DNA from: a virus | Lineage: Duplodnaviria > Heunggongvirae > Uroviricota > Caudoviricetes | Length of the DNA: 64,000 bases | Virus record (IMG/VR): IMGVR_UViG_3300015214_000024 | Location: 137,787-201,786 of that record | Direction: 5' to 3' (one strand) | Shown: positions 41,059 through 48,763 of the stretch, in pieces | Position numbering within the stretch: the stretch's first letter is position 1 | Layout of the letters: every line of letters begins with the position of its first letter | Translations under genes and position numbers: made by a program | The notes under the pieces: generated by a model | Seen by the model: the letters and a program-made list of their open reading frames with translations, nothing else | Databases searched by the model: none | What the model was told of the DNA's origin: nothing

Positions 41059-42243
41059 GTGATGTTATACGATCATCGTAAAATTGGCCGAGAAATGGGC
41101 CTATTTCATATTCAAGAAGACGCCGCAGGCTCAGTATTTTGGCACCCACGCGGCTATGCACTTTACCGTAATATTGAAAATTATATTCGAATGAAACAAC
41201 TTCAGTATGGCTATGACGAAGTCAAAAGTCCACAACTGTATGATGTTTCACTTTGGAAAAAGAGTGGTCATTGGGATCACTTCAAGGAAAATATGTATTC
41301 TATTGAGGATTCAAATTTCTCCTTGAAACCTATGAATTGTCCAGGCCACATTCAAATCTTCAATTCTGACCTAATTTCTTATAAACAACTACCTTTGCGG
41401 CTGGCTGAATTTGGTTGTTGCCATCGTAATGAGCCATCTGGTGCATTACACGGTATAATGCGTGTCCGACAGTTTGTCCAAGATGACGCTCATATTTTTT
41501 GTATGGAAAACCAGATTCAATCAGAAGCATTAGCATTTTGTAAAATGCTTCAGGAAGTTTATGATGATTTTGGATTTAAAAATATCAAAGTAGCCTTAAG
41601 TCTGAGACCGGATGACCGTGCTGGCAATGACGCTGATTGGGATTTGGCCGAACAGGCATTAGAGGAAGCCATCAAGCAGGCCGGGTTTGAATACATTCTC
41701 CAGCCAGGTGAAGGTGCATTTTACGGTCCTAAATTGGAATTTGCACTAATCGACCAAGGCGGCCGTGAATGGCAATGTGGTACCATACAATTAGACTTTG
41801 TTTTGGCTGGACGACTTGGGGCAAAATATGTTGCTCAAGATGGTAGCCAAAAAGTGCCAGTTATTTTACACCGTGCAGTATTGGGTTCATTAGAACGATT
41901 TATTGGTATTCTTTTAGAGCATTATGGTAAGGATTTACCAGTATGGCTATTAAAAGACCAATTTGCTGTTTTGCCAATCAAGCCATCAGTCAATGATTAC
42001 GCTTGCAATGTGAAAGAAGCTGTGCTACAATTTGGCTTTAATGCAGAATTGGATTCTGATGATATTTCTCTTGGTGACAAGATTAAAAAATATTATCATA
42101 TTCCCAATCTCATTATTATCGGAGACCGTGAGGCTAAAAACGGCCAAGTTGTTTGGCGAAAACTTGATGGTTCACAGGAAGTTATTGATTTACATATTTT
42201 TTATGAAAAAGTGAAAAATGTGAAAAATCCGTTGAAAAAGTAA
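41059..42243 (+). CDS. thrS: Threonyl-tRNA synthetase, minimal (lacks N-terminal TGS/editing domains)
   Basis: Starts at DHRKIG; KPMNCPGH, HRNE.SG.L.G..RVR.F.QDDAH, FYGPK, WQCGT.QLDF, HRA..GS.ERF. Confidence 0.95.
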   Translation: MMLYDHRKIGREMGLFHIQEDAAGSVFWHPRGYALYRNIENYIRMKQLQYGYDEVKSPQLYDVSLWKKSGHWDHFKENMYSIEDSNFSLKPMNCPGHIQIFNSDLISYKQLPLRLAEFGCCHRNEPSGALHGIMRVRQFVQDDAHIFCMENQIQSEALAFCKMLQEVYDDFGFKNIKVALSLRPDDRAGNDADWDLAEQALEEAIKQAGFEYILQPGEGAFYGPKLEFALIDQGGREWQCGTIQLDFVLAGRLGAKYVAQDGSQKVPVILHRAVLGSLERFIGILLEHYGKDLPVWLLKDQFAVLPIKPSVNDYACNVKEAVLQFGFNAELDSDDISLGDKIKKYYHIPNLIIIGDREAKNGQVVWRKLDGSQEVIDLHIFYEKVKNVKNPLKK

Positions 42244-42272
42244 TTGACACGGACTAAATAGTGTAGTAAGTT
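42244..42272 (+). promoter_or_regulatory. Sigma70-like promoter of tRNA cluster 1
   Basis: TTGACA-17 nt-TAAGTT; spacer CGGACTAAATA is shared with the promoter at 53335. Confidence 0.7.
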
Positions 42273-42316
42273 TAGAACATAAGTTGAAACAAATTTTAAG
42301 GAAAGCAGTTACCATT

Positions 42317-42382
42317 ATGTCACATTCAGTTTATCATTATGAATATGAGCGTGAATATCTCCGTCCAGGGGAGAGTTGGTAA
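42317..42382 (+). CDS. Attenuator leader peptide MSHSVYHYEYEREYLRPGESW (His/Tyr/Glu-rich)
   Basis: AGGAAAG upstream; 10 of 21 residues are H/Y/E; followed by a terminator and His/Tyr/Glu tRNAs. Confidence 0.8.
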   Translation: MSHSVYHYEYEREYLRPGESW

Positions 42383-42415
42383 CGAGTATTTAAAATACTT
42401 CGACTGAACCGATTC

Positions 42416-42445
42416 AACCCTGGGACTGAAATCCCAGGGTTTTTT
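42416..42445 (+). terminator. Attenuator terminator of cluster 1
   Basis: AACCCTGGGA-ctgaaa-TCCCAGGGTT-TTTT; TCCAGGG (42364) in the leader can sequester the 5' arm. Confidence 0.88.
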
Positions 42446-42455
42446 CGTTTTTGTG

Positions 42456-42531
42456 GTGGCATAACGCAAACAGGTGAGCGGACTGACTGTGAATCAGTTG
42501 TTAGAGGGTTCAAGTCCCTTGTGTCACACCA
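42456..42531 (+). tRNA. tRNA-His(GTG), A73 type
   Basis: ACTGA-CTGTGAA-TCAGT; acceptor GTGGCAT/GTGTCAC-A-CCA. Confidence 0.9.
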
Positions 42532-42550
42532 AACATTATTGGAGTGAAAA

Positions 42551-42739
42551 ATGGAAGTATTTGTAATCAAAACTGAAGAAGTTGAACGAACGCTTAAATT
42601 TTTTACCCAATTGGGTTTAAATTTTGTTCAAGAACAACACGGTAATGGACCAATCCATTACGCTTGTGAACAAAATGGAGCAGTTTTTGAAATTTACCCT
42701 AAGGGTAAAACTGAAGGTTTTAAATTTATAGATATGTAA
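42551..42739 (+). CDS. Small VOC/glyoxalase-like protein
   Basis: FF..LGL.F..EQHG.GP.HYA, FEIYP. Confidence 0.7.
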   Translation: MEVFVIKTEEVERTLKFFTQLGLNFVQEQHGNGPIHYACEQNGAVFEIYPKGKTEGFKFIDM

Positions 42740-42744
42740 TTTTT

Positions 42745-42831
42745 GGGTGGTAAAAGTCAGTGGTTCTGATAGGCAGTCTGTAAAACTGCGCCTTTTCGGA
42801 GGGAGTAGTTCGATTCTACTACCACCCACCA
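42745..42831 (+). tRNA. tRNA-Tyr(GTA)
   Basis: GCAGT-CTGTAAA-ACTGC, long variable arm, GGGTGGT/ACCACCC-A-CCA. Confidence 0.9.
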
Positions 42832-42840
42832 AGAAATTAT

Positions 42841-42916
42841 GGTGACTGAAGTGTTGACGGATACACGCTTGGTTGTGAACCAGGAGTAACGGGCTCGATA
42901 CCCGTTGGTCACCCCA
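42841..42916 (+). tRNA. tRNA-His(GTG), G-1:C73 type
   Basis: CTTGG-TTGTGAA-CCAGG; G-GTGACTG/TGGTCAC-C-CCA. Confidence 0.88.
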
Positions 42917-42922
42917 AATTAT

Positions 42923-42998
42923 GCAACGGTCTTCTAATGGTTAGGAACCCTGACTTTCAATCAGGCCAATGCGAGTTCAAGTCTCGTCCGTTGCACCA
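42923..42998 (+). tRNA. tRNA-Glu(TTC)
   Basis: CCTGA-CTTTCAA-TCAGG; GCAACGG/CCGTTGC-A-CCA. Confidence 0.9.
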
Positions 42999-43157
42999 AA
43001 GCTTGTGCTTTGTGACCCTTCATACGCCCGAGGGTCAGAAAAATATCAGGATGCTGATACGGTATTATATACTAAAGGCATTGGGACCGCGCAGTACGCA
43101 CTACGGCTGAGTCATAAGGACTGAATAGTAGATGCTCGGTAGCGGCGAGCAAAATAT

Positions 43158-43229
43158 GGCGCGGAACGCTAGAGGCGGGCGGCTTGCCTTTCAAGCAAGT
43201 GTAAGCGGGTTCGATACCCGTCCGCGCTA
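43158..43229 (+). tRNA. tRNA-Glu(TTC), no encoded CCA
   Basis: CTTGC-CTTTCAA-GCAAG; GGCGCGG/CCGCGCT. Confidence 0.8.
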
Positions 43230-43234
43230 CTACT

Positions 43235-43307
43235 GGCCCGGTAGTTTAGAGGTTAGAACGCGAGGTTTTCACCCTCGAGAGCGGGGTTCGATGTCCCCGT
43301 CGGGTCA
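43235..43307 (+). tRNA. tRNA-Glu(TTC), 8-nt T loop
   Basis: CGAGG-TTTTCAC-CCTCG; GGCCCGG/TCGGGTC. Confidence 0.8.
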
Positions 43308-43322
43308 CAAAAAGGAGTTTAT

Positions 43323-43550
43323 ATGAGTAACACTTTTAAGATTGAACGTGCTAGAAAACTTTACAAAAGCGATAAACCGAGTAAAGATATGAAGTTGACA
43401 GGCACTGGGGAAACTTGTATGAATGGTGATCCATTGTTTGTTAATAATGGTGGCCAACGTTGGGGCAACCAACGTAAAATGAGGGCAAAGATGAAAGTTG
43501 ATGCTCGTAAGTCAGAGAGAATGAAGAACAAGAAGATTGATTTGGAATAA
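43323..43550 (+). CDS. Small basic hypothetical protein
   Basis: AAGGAG SD. Confidence 0.6.
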   Translation: MSNTFKIERARKLYKSDKPSKDMKLTGTGETCMNGDPLFVNNGGQRWGNQRKMRAKMKVDARKSERMKNKKIDLE

Positions 43551-43558
43551 AAGAATAT

Positions 43559-43647
43559 GGGTGAGCTGCTCAGATGGCGGATGGGCACCGGACTGTAAAT
43601 CCGGCACATAAGAAACATAGTAGGTTCGAATCCTACCTCACCCACCA
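43559..43647 (+). tRNA. tRNA-Tyr(GTA)
   Basis: CCGGA-CTGTAAA-TCCGG; GGGTGAG/CTCACCC-A-CCA. Confidence 0.9.
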
Positions 43648-43665
43648 AAATGATGGAGATAATGC

Positions 43666-44055
43666 TTGTTTAAAAATTCTAGAAAACAAGGTGATGCTGG
43701 CTTGGGTCAAGCAATAGCTTGGTTGACTATGAAAGGATATGCTATTAGTATTCCACTAACTGACAATCAAGATTATGATCTAGTTGCTGAAATTGACGGT
43801 GATTTAAAGAAAATTCAAGTCAAGACCGGAACTAGAATTAGTGATAATGGTATTGGGATGATCTATCTTAATGTTGATGGGGGAAATCGAAGCGGAACCG
43901 GTAAATTTAAAAATTTAGACGACCAACATTGGGATTATTTATTTGGTTATCATTTGGATACAAAAGAGATTATTTTTATACCTAAAAATGAAATATGCTC
44001 AAAAAGCCAAATCAATTTAGGTGAAAAATATAGAGACTGGATTTCAAAAATCTAG
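43666..44055 (+). CDS. PD-(D/E)xK homing-type endonuclease
   Basis: QGDAG, ISIPL.D..DYDLV, KIQVKT. Confidence 0.8.
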   Translation: MFKNSRKQGDAGLGQAIAWLTMKGYAISIPLTDNQDYDLVAEIDGDLKKIQVKTGTRISDNGIGMIYLNVDGGNRSGTGKFKNLDDQHWDYLFGYHLDTKEIIFIPKNEICSKSQINLGEKYRDWISKI

Positions 44056-44276
44056 TCTTGAAACTAACTTGTAGAGGATCTGGTGAAAGGTATTTTATAC
44101 CGAAGGGACCAGCTATTCTACCGCGAGATGCGAGATCCGACCCCAAGTAAGTGGGAGTCAAACCGGGTAAGATGGCGTAATGGAAACATAAGCGTAGACT
44201 TACTTTGGGGAGATTGGAGGTTGTGCTACCGGCTAAGTTATGTTTGAAACAAGTTCTTACTAAGCTTGTTTCGTTT

Positions 44277-44361
44277 GGGTGATATGACACAGTGGAGGGT
44301 CACCAGTCTGTAAAACTGGCGCCGAAAGGCACGGTAGGTTCGAACCCTACATCACCCACCA
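44277..44361 (+). tRNA. tRNA-Tyr(GTA)
   Basis: CCAGT-CTGTAAA-ACTGG; GGGTGAT/ATCACCC-A-CCA. Confidence 0.9.
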
Positions 44362-44378
44362 AATTTGAAAGGCTATGA

Positions 44379-44624
44379 ATGATTTTTACTATTGGTAAAA
44401 AAGAATGGTATGATCAATGGATAGTTGAACAAGGCCCGCTTTTTAAAAAACGTGGCAAAGATGATGAATACAGTGGTGGGTCTGCATTTTTATGCATTGG
44501 TAAAGCAATAAAAAATTGTCCGCCTGGATATGCAATTTACATACTTGACACTAATATTGATAATTTGTATGAAGTAAATGGTAATTTGCATATTATAGAA
44601 AGTTGTAGGATTTGTTTAATATGA
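44379..44624 (+). CDS. Hypothetical protein (paralog of 45990..46241)
   Basis: TIG...WY..WI.EQG..FKK.G....Y.GGSA..HI.ESCRI shared. Confidence 0.65.
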   Translation: MIFTIGKKEWYDQWIVEQGPLFKKRGKDDEYSGGSAFLCIGKAIKNCPPGYAIYILDTNIDNLYEVNGNLHIIESCRICLI

Positions 44625-44812
44625 AAGCAAGTGTTTGTCAAATGTATGTCAATCCAGACGGTGTTATTCTCCGACGTTGTCCAGATATGGGCGAGCATCA
44701 GCAGATGGTTGACCAATGGATTAAAGATGCTAAGATAGAAGGTGAATATTTTGACGACGTTTTCTTCTTTAGTAATAAAGATGATTACAATACTTTAAAG
44801 TTTTTCAAATGA
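44621..44812 (+). CDS. Hypothetical protein
   Basis: Overlaps both neighbours. Confidence 0.5.
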   Translation: MKASVCQMYVNPDGVILRRCPDMGEHQQMVDQWIKDAKIEGEYFDDVFFFSNKDDYNTLKFFK

Positions 44813-45018
44813 TTTGTCCTTATACTTTTGAAGCTTTTAACTTTAAAATAATGGTTAATACTAGGCAAATAATGAAAGATACAGCCTTCTTTGAAGGACT
44901 TGATAGTCAGAATATTGATTTTCGGTTAGGGTGGAATAGTTGGCCACCAGATATGGCAGTTGGTCCTATTTGGTTTAAGACTGAAGAAGACTTAAACATT
45001 GCTAAATTATTATTATAA
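44809..45018 (+). CDS. Hypothetical protein
   Basis: ATGA overlap; C-terminal WFKT.ED motif also seen in neighbouring small ORFs. Confidence 0.5.
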   Translation: MICPYTFEAFNFKIMVNTRQIMKDTAFFEGLDSQNIDFRLGWNSWPPDMAVGPIWFKTEEDLNIAKLLL

Positions 45019-45022
45019 TAAT

Positions 45023-45099
45023 GGCCCCAGCGTCTGACACGGATAGGACACTAGCCTCTCAAGCTGGAGAACCGGGTTCGAGCCCCGGTGGGGCTACCA
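45023..45099 (+). tRNA. tRNA-Glu(CTC)
   Basis: CTAGC-CTCTCAA-GCTGG; GGCCCCA/TGGGGCT-A-CCA. Confidence 0.88.
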
Positions 45100-45111
45100 A
45101 AGGAACAAATT

Positions 45112-45306
45112 ATGTTTGATACCTTTACTGCACCAAACGGTGAAGAATATGAATTTAGGTTAACTGAACAATTGAGGCCATTAGACCAACGCCAATGGCA
45201 AATAATGGACTTGTGCAAAAATACCAATATACCTTACGTCTATTGGAATGGATGGTTTTATTTTAAAACTATTGAAGATTACACTACTATAATTTTAATA
45301 TTTTAA
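45112..45306 (+). CDS. Hypothetical protein
   Basis: AAGGA SD; YFKT.ED motif. Confidence 0.5.
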   Translation: MFDTFTAPNGEEYEFRLTEQLRPLDQRQWQIMDLCKNTNIPYVYWNGWFYFKTIEDYTTIILIF

Positions 45307-45309
45307 ATT

Positions 45310-45380
45310 GCTGCTATCGTATAAAGGTATAATACACCACGATTAATCAGGAGATGCAGTTTCAAAGGCTGCTGGCGGCA
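45310..45380 (+). ncRNA. tRNA-like RNA with a shortened anticodon arm
   Basis: GCTGCTA/TGGCGGC acceptor and D arm present; anticodon arm 15 nt; degenerate T loop. Confidence 0.55.
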
Positions 45381-45387
45381 CCTATGA

Positions 45388-45472
45388 GTCAAAACTACTA
45401 AAGACGAATGGTAGAGTCAGCCCGCTCTTATACGGGATAATAGCTGGTTCGATTCCAGTTAGTAGTTTTGGC
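45388..45472 (+). ncRNA. tRNA-like RNA with extended acceptor stem and 8-nt anticodon loop
   Basis: GTCAAAACTACTA/TAGTAGTTTTGGC; CCCG-CTCTTATA-CGGG; GCTGG-TTCGATT-CCAGT. Confidence 0.6.
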
Positions 45473-45480
45473 CATACAAT

Positions 45481-45581
45481 GGGCCAATAGTGTATGACGA
45501 AACGCTAATTAATTAGTAAAGTAGGCGGTGAGCACGGGCTTCATACAGGGTCTAGGATGGGTTCGATCCCCATTTGGTCCA
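45481..45581 (+). ncRNA. tRNA-like RNA with D-loop insertion, anticodon unclear
   Basis: GGGCCAA/TTGGTCC; ATGGG-TTCGATC-CCCAT. Confidence 0.55.
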
Positions 45582-45619
45582 CACGTTGACAAACTTAATC
45601 AAATTCGCTATGTTGCATC

Positions 45620-45717
45620 TATGAGCCAGGCGGCGGGAGTAGAACAGTGGTACTTCACCTCCATCCCAGGAGGAGATTGTAGGTTCGATTCCTACCTTGC
45701 CGCCCGTCCTGGCCATA
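45620..45717 (+). ncRNA. tRNA-like RNA with 6-nt anticodon loop and paired flanks
   Basis: CGGCGGG/CTTGCCG; CCTCC-ATCCCA-GGAGG; GTAGG-TTCGATT-CCTAC; flanks GCCAGG/CCTGGC. Confidence 0.6.
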
Positions 45718-45733
45718 CACTGAAAGGATAGCT

Positions 45734-45988
45734 GTGGGTTTTGAAGAGACATTGAGGCGAGCAGAAATTGCTATGATGGGAGTTGATGCTTTTAAACGCC
45801 AATTTAATATCTCTGACTCTTTATCATTGGATAAGGAAGCCAGTAAACGTGTAATGATTTATTATGCTGCTCCAAAACCACACCGATATGGATTTTTCAC
45901 ATCCACAAATCCTTCAGCAAGGGAGGCTTATTTTACTGATATAGTCTCCAATTACTCAAAACAAACTAAAAATTTAATTTGGTGCTAA
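45734..45988 (+). CDS. Hypothetical protein
   Basis: AAGGA SD, GTG start. Confidence 0.5.
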   Translation: MGFEETLRRAEIAMMGVDAFKRQFNISDSLSLDKEASKRVMIYYAAPKPHRYGFFTSTNPSAREAYFTDIVSNYSKQTKNLIWC

Positions 45989-45989
45989 A

Positions 45990-46241
45990 ATGTTTTATAC
46001 AATTGGGCGAAGCGATTGGTACAACAAATGGATAATTGAACAAGGGTCCTCTTTTAAAAAGCTAGGCTGTTCAAGTGACTATGTTGGCGGATCAGCATAT
46101 TTCAGCTATGAGGATGCTGAAAGGGCCTGTCCATTAGGATATTCCGTTTATGGATTGATTACAACCATTGATAACATATATCAAATTGGTCATAATTATC
46201 ATATTAAAGAAAGTTGTAGGATAGTGTTGTGCAACCAATAA
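45990..46241 (+). CDS. Hypothetical protein (paralog of 44379..44624)
   Basis: Clear similarity to 44379..44624. Confidence 0.65.
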   Translation: MFYTIGRSDWYNKWIIEQGSSFKKLGCSSDYVGGSAYFSYEDAERACPLGYSVYGLITTIDNIYQIGHNYHIKESCRIVLCNQ

Positions 46242-46561
46242 TGAATGGCTTCTTCACTTCAAAAATGGGCGTCCCGGAATTTGCCCAGGACATACTTCGT
46301 CTTAGAAGAGAATATGAAGATGAAATCGATAGTTTGGTTAATTATAAGCAAAATGGTATTATAAGTACCCAAACATTGATGGAAAGAACAAGTTCAGCGG
46401 TTGAGAAATATGATCAGCTTTTCATCAATGCGTTCAATAGTCTAAGTATTGCAAACCGAATTGATCTAATATCTAAATGGGTAGAATTTAATAATTTTGC
46501 TGAACAGGGAATTTTTGAAGACAGTGAAATTTTATTAGCGGCAGCAAGGATTGTTCGATGA
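46241..46561 (+). CDS. Hypothetical protein
   Basis: TAATG overlap with the upstream gene. Confidence 0.5.
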   Translation: MNGFFTSKMGVPEFAQDILRLRREYEDEIDSLVNYKQNGIISTQTLMERTSSAVEKYDQLFINAFNSLSIANRIDLISKWVEFNNFAEQGIFEDSEILLAAARIVR

Positions 46562-46869
46562 ATGTGAAAGAATTTGAAGAACAATTTCATAAATTGCACG
46601 AAGTCTACAGTCATAAAAGTAATGAAATGGGCGTTCGCCTTAAAGCAAAATACGAAAAAGAGGTCAAAGAGCTCTCAGAGCAAATAGATAATGAATTATT
46701 TGACGAAATTGGCAAATTATTTAAGAGTATGGATTTTGAGGACAAGGTTTATTTCTTAGAAATTTATGTAGCCAGACACAAATTGGCCAAATATATAGAA
46801 CCACACGAATTGACAGCTTTGCGAATTATGGAATGGCCATATTTAAAATATTTAGAAACGAGGGAATAA
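46558..46869 (+). CDS. Hypothetical protein
   Basis: ATGA overlap with the upstream gene. Confidence 0.5.
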   Translation: MNVKEFEEQFHKLHEVYSHKSNEMGVRLKAKYEKEVKELSEQIDNELFDEIGKLFKSMDFEDKVYFLEIYVARHKLAKYIEPHELTALRIMEWPYLKYLETRE

Positions 46870-46871
46870 AA

Positions 46872-47681
46872 ATGGTAGTACATTGGGTAATTGATCGAGC
46901 ATTAGGTAGAGCAGAGGGTGGTTATGAGCACCTTGTAAATTGCCTTGAACGTACTGGTACGCCATATACTCTTGTCCGCAAGCCACCGTTTGCTGATTAT
47001 CTAATCGGATTGGGTGACGATCATACGCCCATTACTATCGACGTTCCAAATCCAGTATTTGTTACTGGAACGACTTCAATGCGTCTTGTCTGTGAAAAAA
47101 TGGATTGGAATCCAGGATATATTGATGCGCCAGGTCAGGAAGAGCTTAAAGCTCATTGGGGTGATGAACTCTTAAACTATGATTCAATTGTAGGTACTTT
47201 TAGAGATATACAGCCACCTCCTGGAGCATTCTTCATCCGTCCTGTTGAAGATACAAAATCTTTCTCTGGTCAAATTATGGATGAAGCAACTCAATTTGAA
47301 TATTGGCGAAAGAGTTTGATTGATATTGAAAATTCAGTCACTACATTGAAGCCGGATGATTTAATTATGATGGCTCCGTTGAAACGTATCTATGCAGAGT
47401 ATAGACTTTATGTAGTTGATGGTGAAATTATCACAGGATCGAGATACAAACTTGGCAACAAAGTTTTTTATACCACCGATCTTGACCCTGGTATGATAGA
47501 ATACGCCAAGGAGCGAATTAAGGAATATTGTCCACGTAGAGCATTGTGTCTTGATATTGCTGAAATTGAAGGTGAAAAGGTAACCTATAAGGTTATTGAA
47601 ACTAACGCTATATCAAGTTCAGGATTTTATGCTTGTGATATGGCAAAGTTTGCAGATGCAATCAATGGCGCATTCAGTTAA
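46872..47681 (+). CDS. ATP-grasp domain protein
   Basis: FIRP.EDTKSFSG, EYRLYVVDG.I.TGS.Y, LDIA, VIE.N..SSGFY. Confidence 0.8.
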   Translation: MVVHWVIDRALGRAEGGYEHLVNCLERTGTPYTLVRKPPFADYLIGLGDDHTPITIDVPNPVFVTGTTSMRLVCEKMDWNPGYIDAPGQEELKAHWGDELLNYDSIVGTFRDIQPPPGAFFIRPVEDTKSFSGQIMDEATQFEYWRKSLIDIENSVTTLKPDDLIMMAPLKRIYAEYRLYVVDGEIITGSRYKLGNKVFYTTDLDPGMIEYAKERIKEYCPRRALCLDIAEIEGEKVTYKVIETNAISSSGFYACDMAKFADAINGAFS

Positions 47682-47745
47682 TGGTGCGCCATTGACTTCC
47701 CCTTTGTGTGATTGTATAAACACATAAATTTATAGGAGATTTTTA

Positions 47746-48117
47746 ATGACTGGTCTGATTTATGTCGCTTCACCTTATAGTGATCCTGACAAACAAGTAG
47801 TTCAACTTAGAATGAACAAATTTGCCGGAATTATGGCGAAGCTTATTGAGCACAAATTCCACCCAGTTAGCCCATTACTCAATCACTATTTGGCCGATGT
47901 AGTTACTGTCAATTTCCCACTAACTTGGGACTGGTGGCAGGATTATTCCCGTTTACTCCTTTCAAAGTGTGATCATATGATTGTGATTGGTCCTGATTGG
48001 GAAAAATCAACAGGGACAATGGCAGAAATTGAAATAGCCACTGAATTGAGCATTCCAATCAGCTATTTGACAACTTATAAAGATATTGAAAATTTCATCA
48101 ATCCTGTAGTAGACTGA
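47746..48117 (+). CDS. DUF1937 / deoxyribosyltransferase-fold protein
   Basis: IYVASPYS, SPL..H, WEKSTG..AEIE.A. Confidence 0.75.
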   Translation: MTGLIYVASPYSDPDKQVVQLRMNKFAGIMAKLIEHKFHPVSPLLNHYLADVVTVNFPLTWDWWQDYSRLLLSKCDHMIVIGPDWEKSTGTMAEIEIATELSIPISYLTTYKDIENFINPVVD

Positions 48118-48140
48118 AAGAAAAGCTATGCAGGTAATTT

Positions 48141-48551
48141 ATGATAAAAATCGAAAAGCCGTGGGGAAATTATATCTCTTTATATGAGGGAGATTTACCT
48201 TATGATAAAATACAAATCAAAACATTGACAGTTTTGTCAGGCCAACGACTTTCACTACAATCGCATAAACATAGAAAAGAATATTGGTTAGTAGTTTCAG
48301 GAAATCCTACTATTGAGGTAGAGCAATCAGAAAGAGACTATTTTATTGGTGATTTAATTAAAATCCTTCCCAATCAAAGACATAGATTGTCTAATCAATA
48401 TACTGACCCAGTTGTAGTAGTCGAAGTTCAGACTGGTCCATATTTGGGCGAAGATGACATCATTCGCTATGAGGATGACTATAATCGTGATGATGTTGAG
48501 GAAATGCAAAATATAATAAGGCAAACAAAAGAGCAGTCTGGTGAAGAATAA
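48141..48551 (+). CDS. Cupin, mannose-6-phosphate isomerase type II C-terminal-like
   Basis: KPWG, LSLQSH.HR.E.W, HRLSN, EVQTG.YLGEDDIIRYEDDY. Confidence 0.88.
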   Translation: MIKIEKPWGNYISLYEGDLPYDKIQIKTLTVLSGQRLSLQSHKHRKEYWLVVSGNPTIEVEQSERDYFIGDLIKILPNQRHRLSNQYTDPVVVVEVQTGPYLGEDDIIRYEDDYNRDDVEEMQNIIRQTKEQSGEE

Positions 48552-48741
48552 AAAACTTAGTACAGTTTACTTGCCTAAAGAACTGGACGACTGCCTTAAA
48601 GAGATGGCGCTTATGTTTTCATCAAGTGGTGAAACAATATCAGTCAACCAATTAATTGGTGCAATTTTATGTTTCCAATTTGGTGATTTGGAAGCTATTG
48701 ACAATGATCTTTTAAGAACATATTATACGCTCCTTAGTTGA
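48541..48741 (+). CDS. Small ribbon-helix-helix-like hypothetical protein
   Basis: TVYLPKEL...LKEMA..SVNQLI. Confidence 0.5.
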   Translation: MKNKKLSTVYLPKELDDCLKEMALMFSSSGETISVNQLIGAILCFQFGDLEAIDNDLLRTYYTLLS

Positions 48742-48763
48742 GAGTTATTTGGAGGAAAATATA

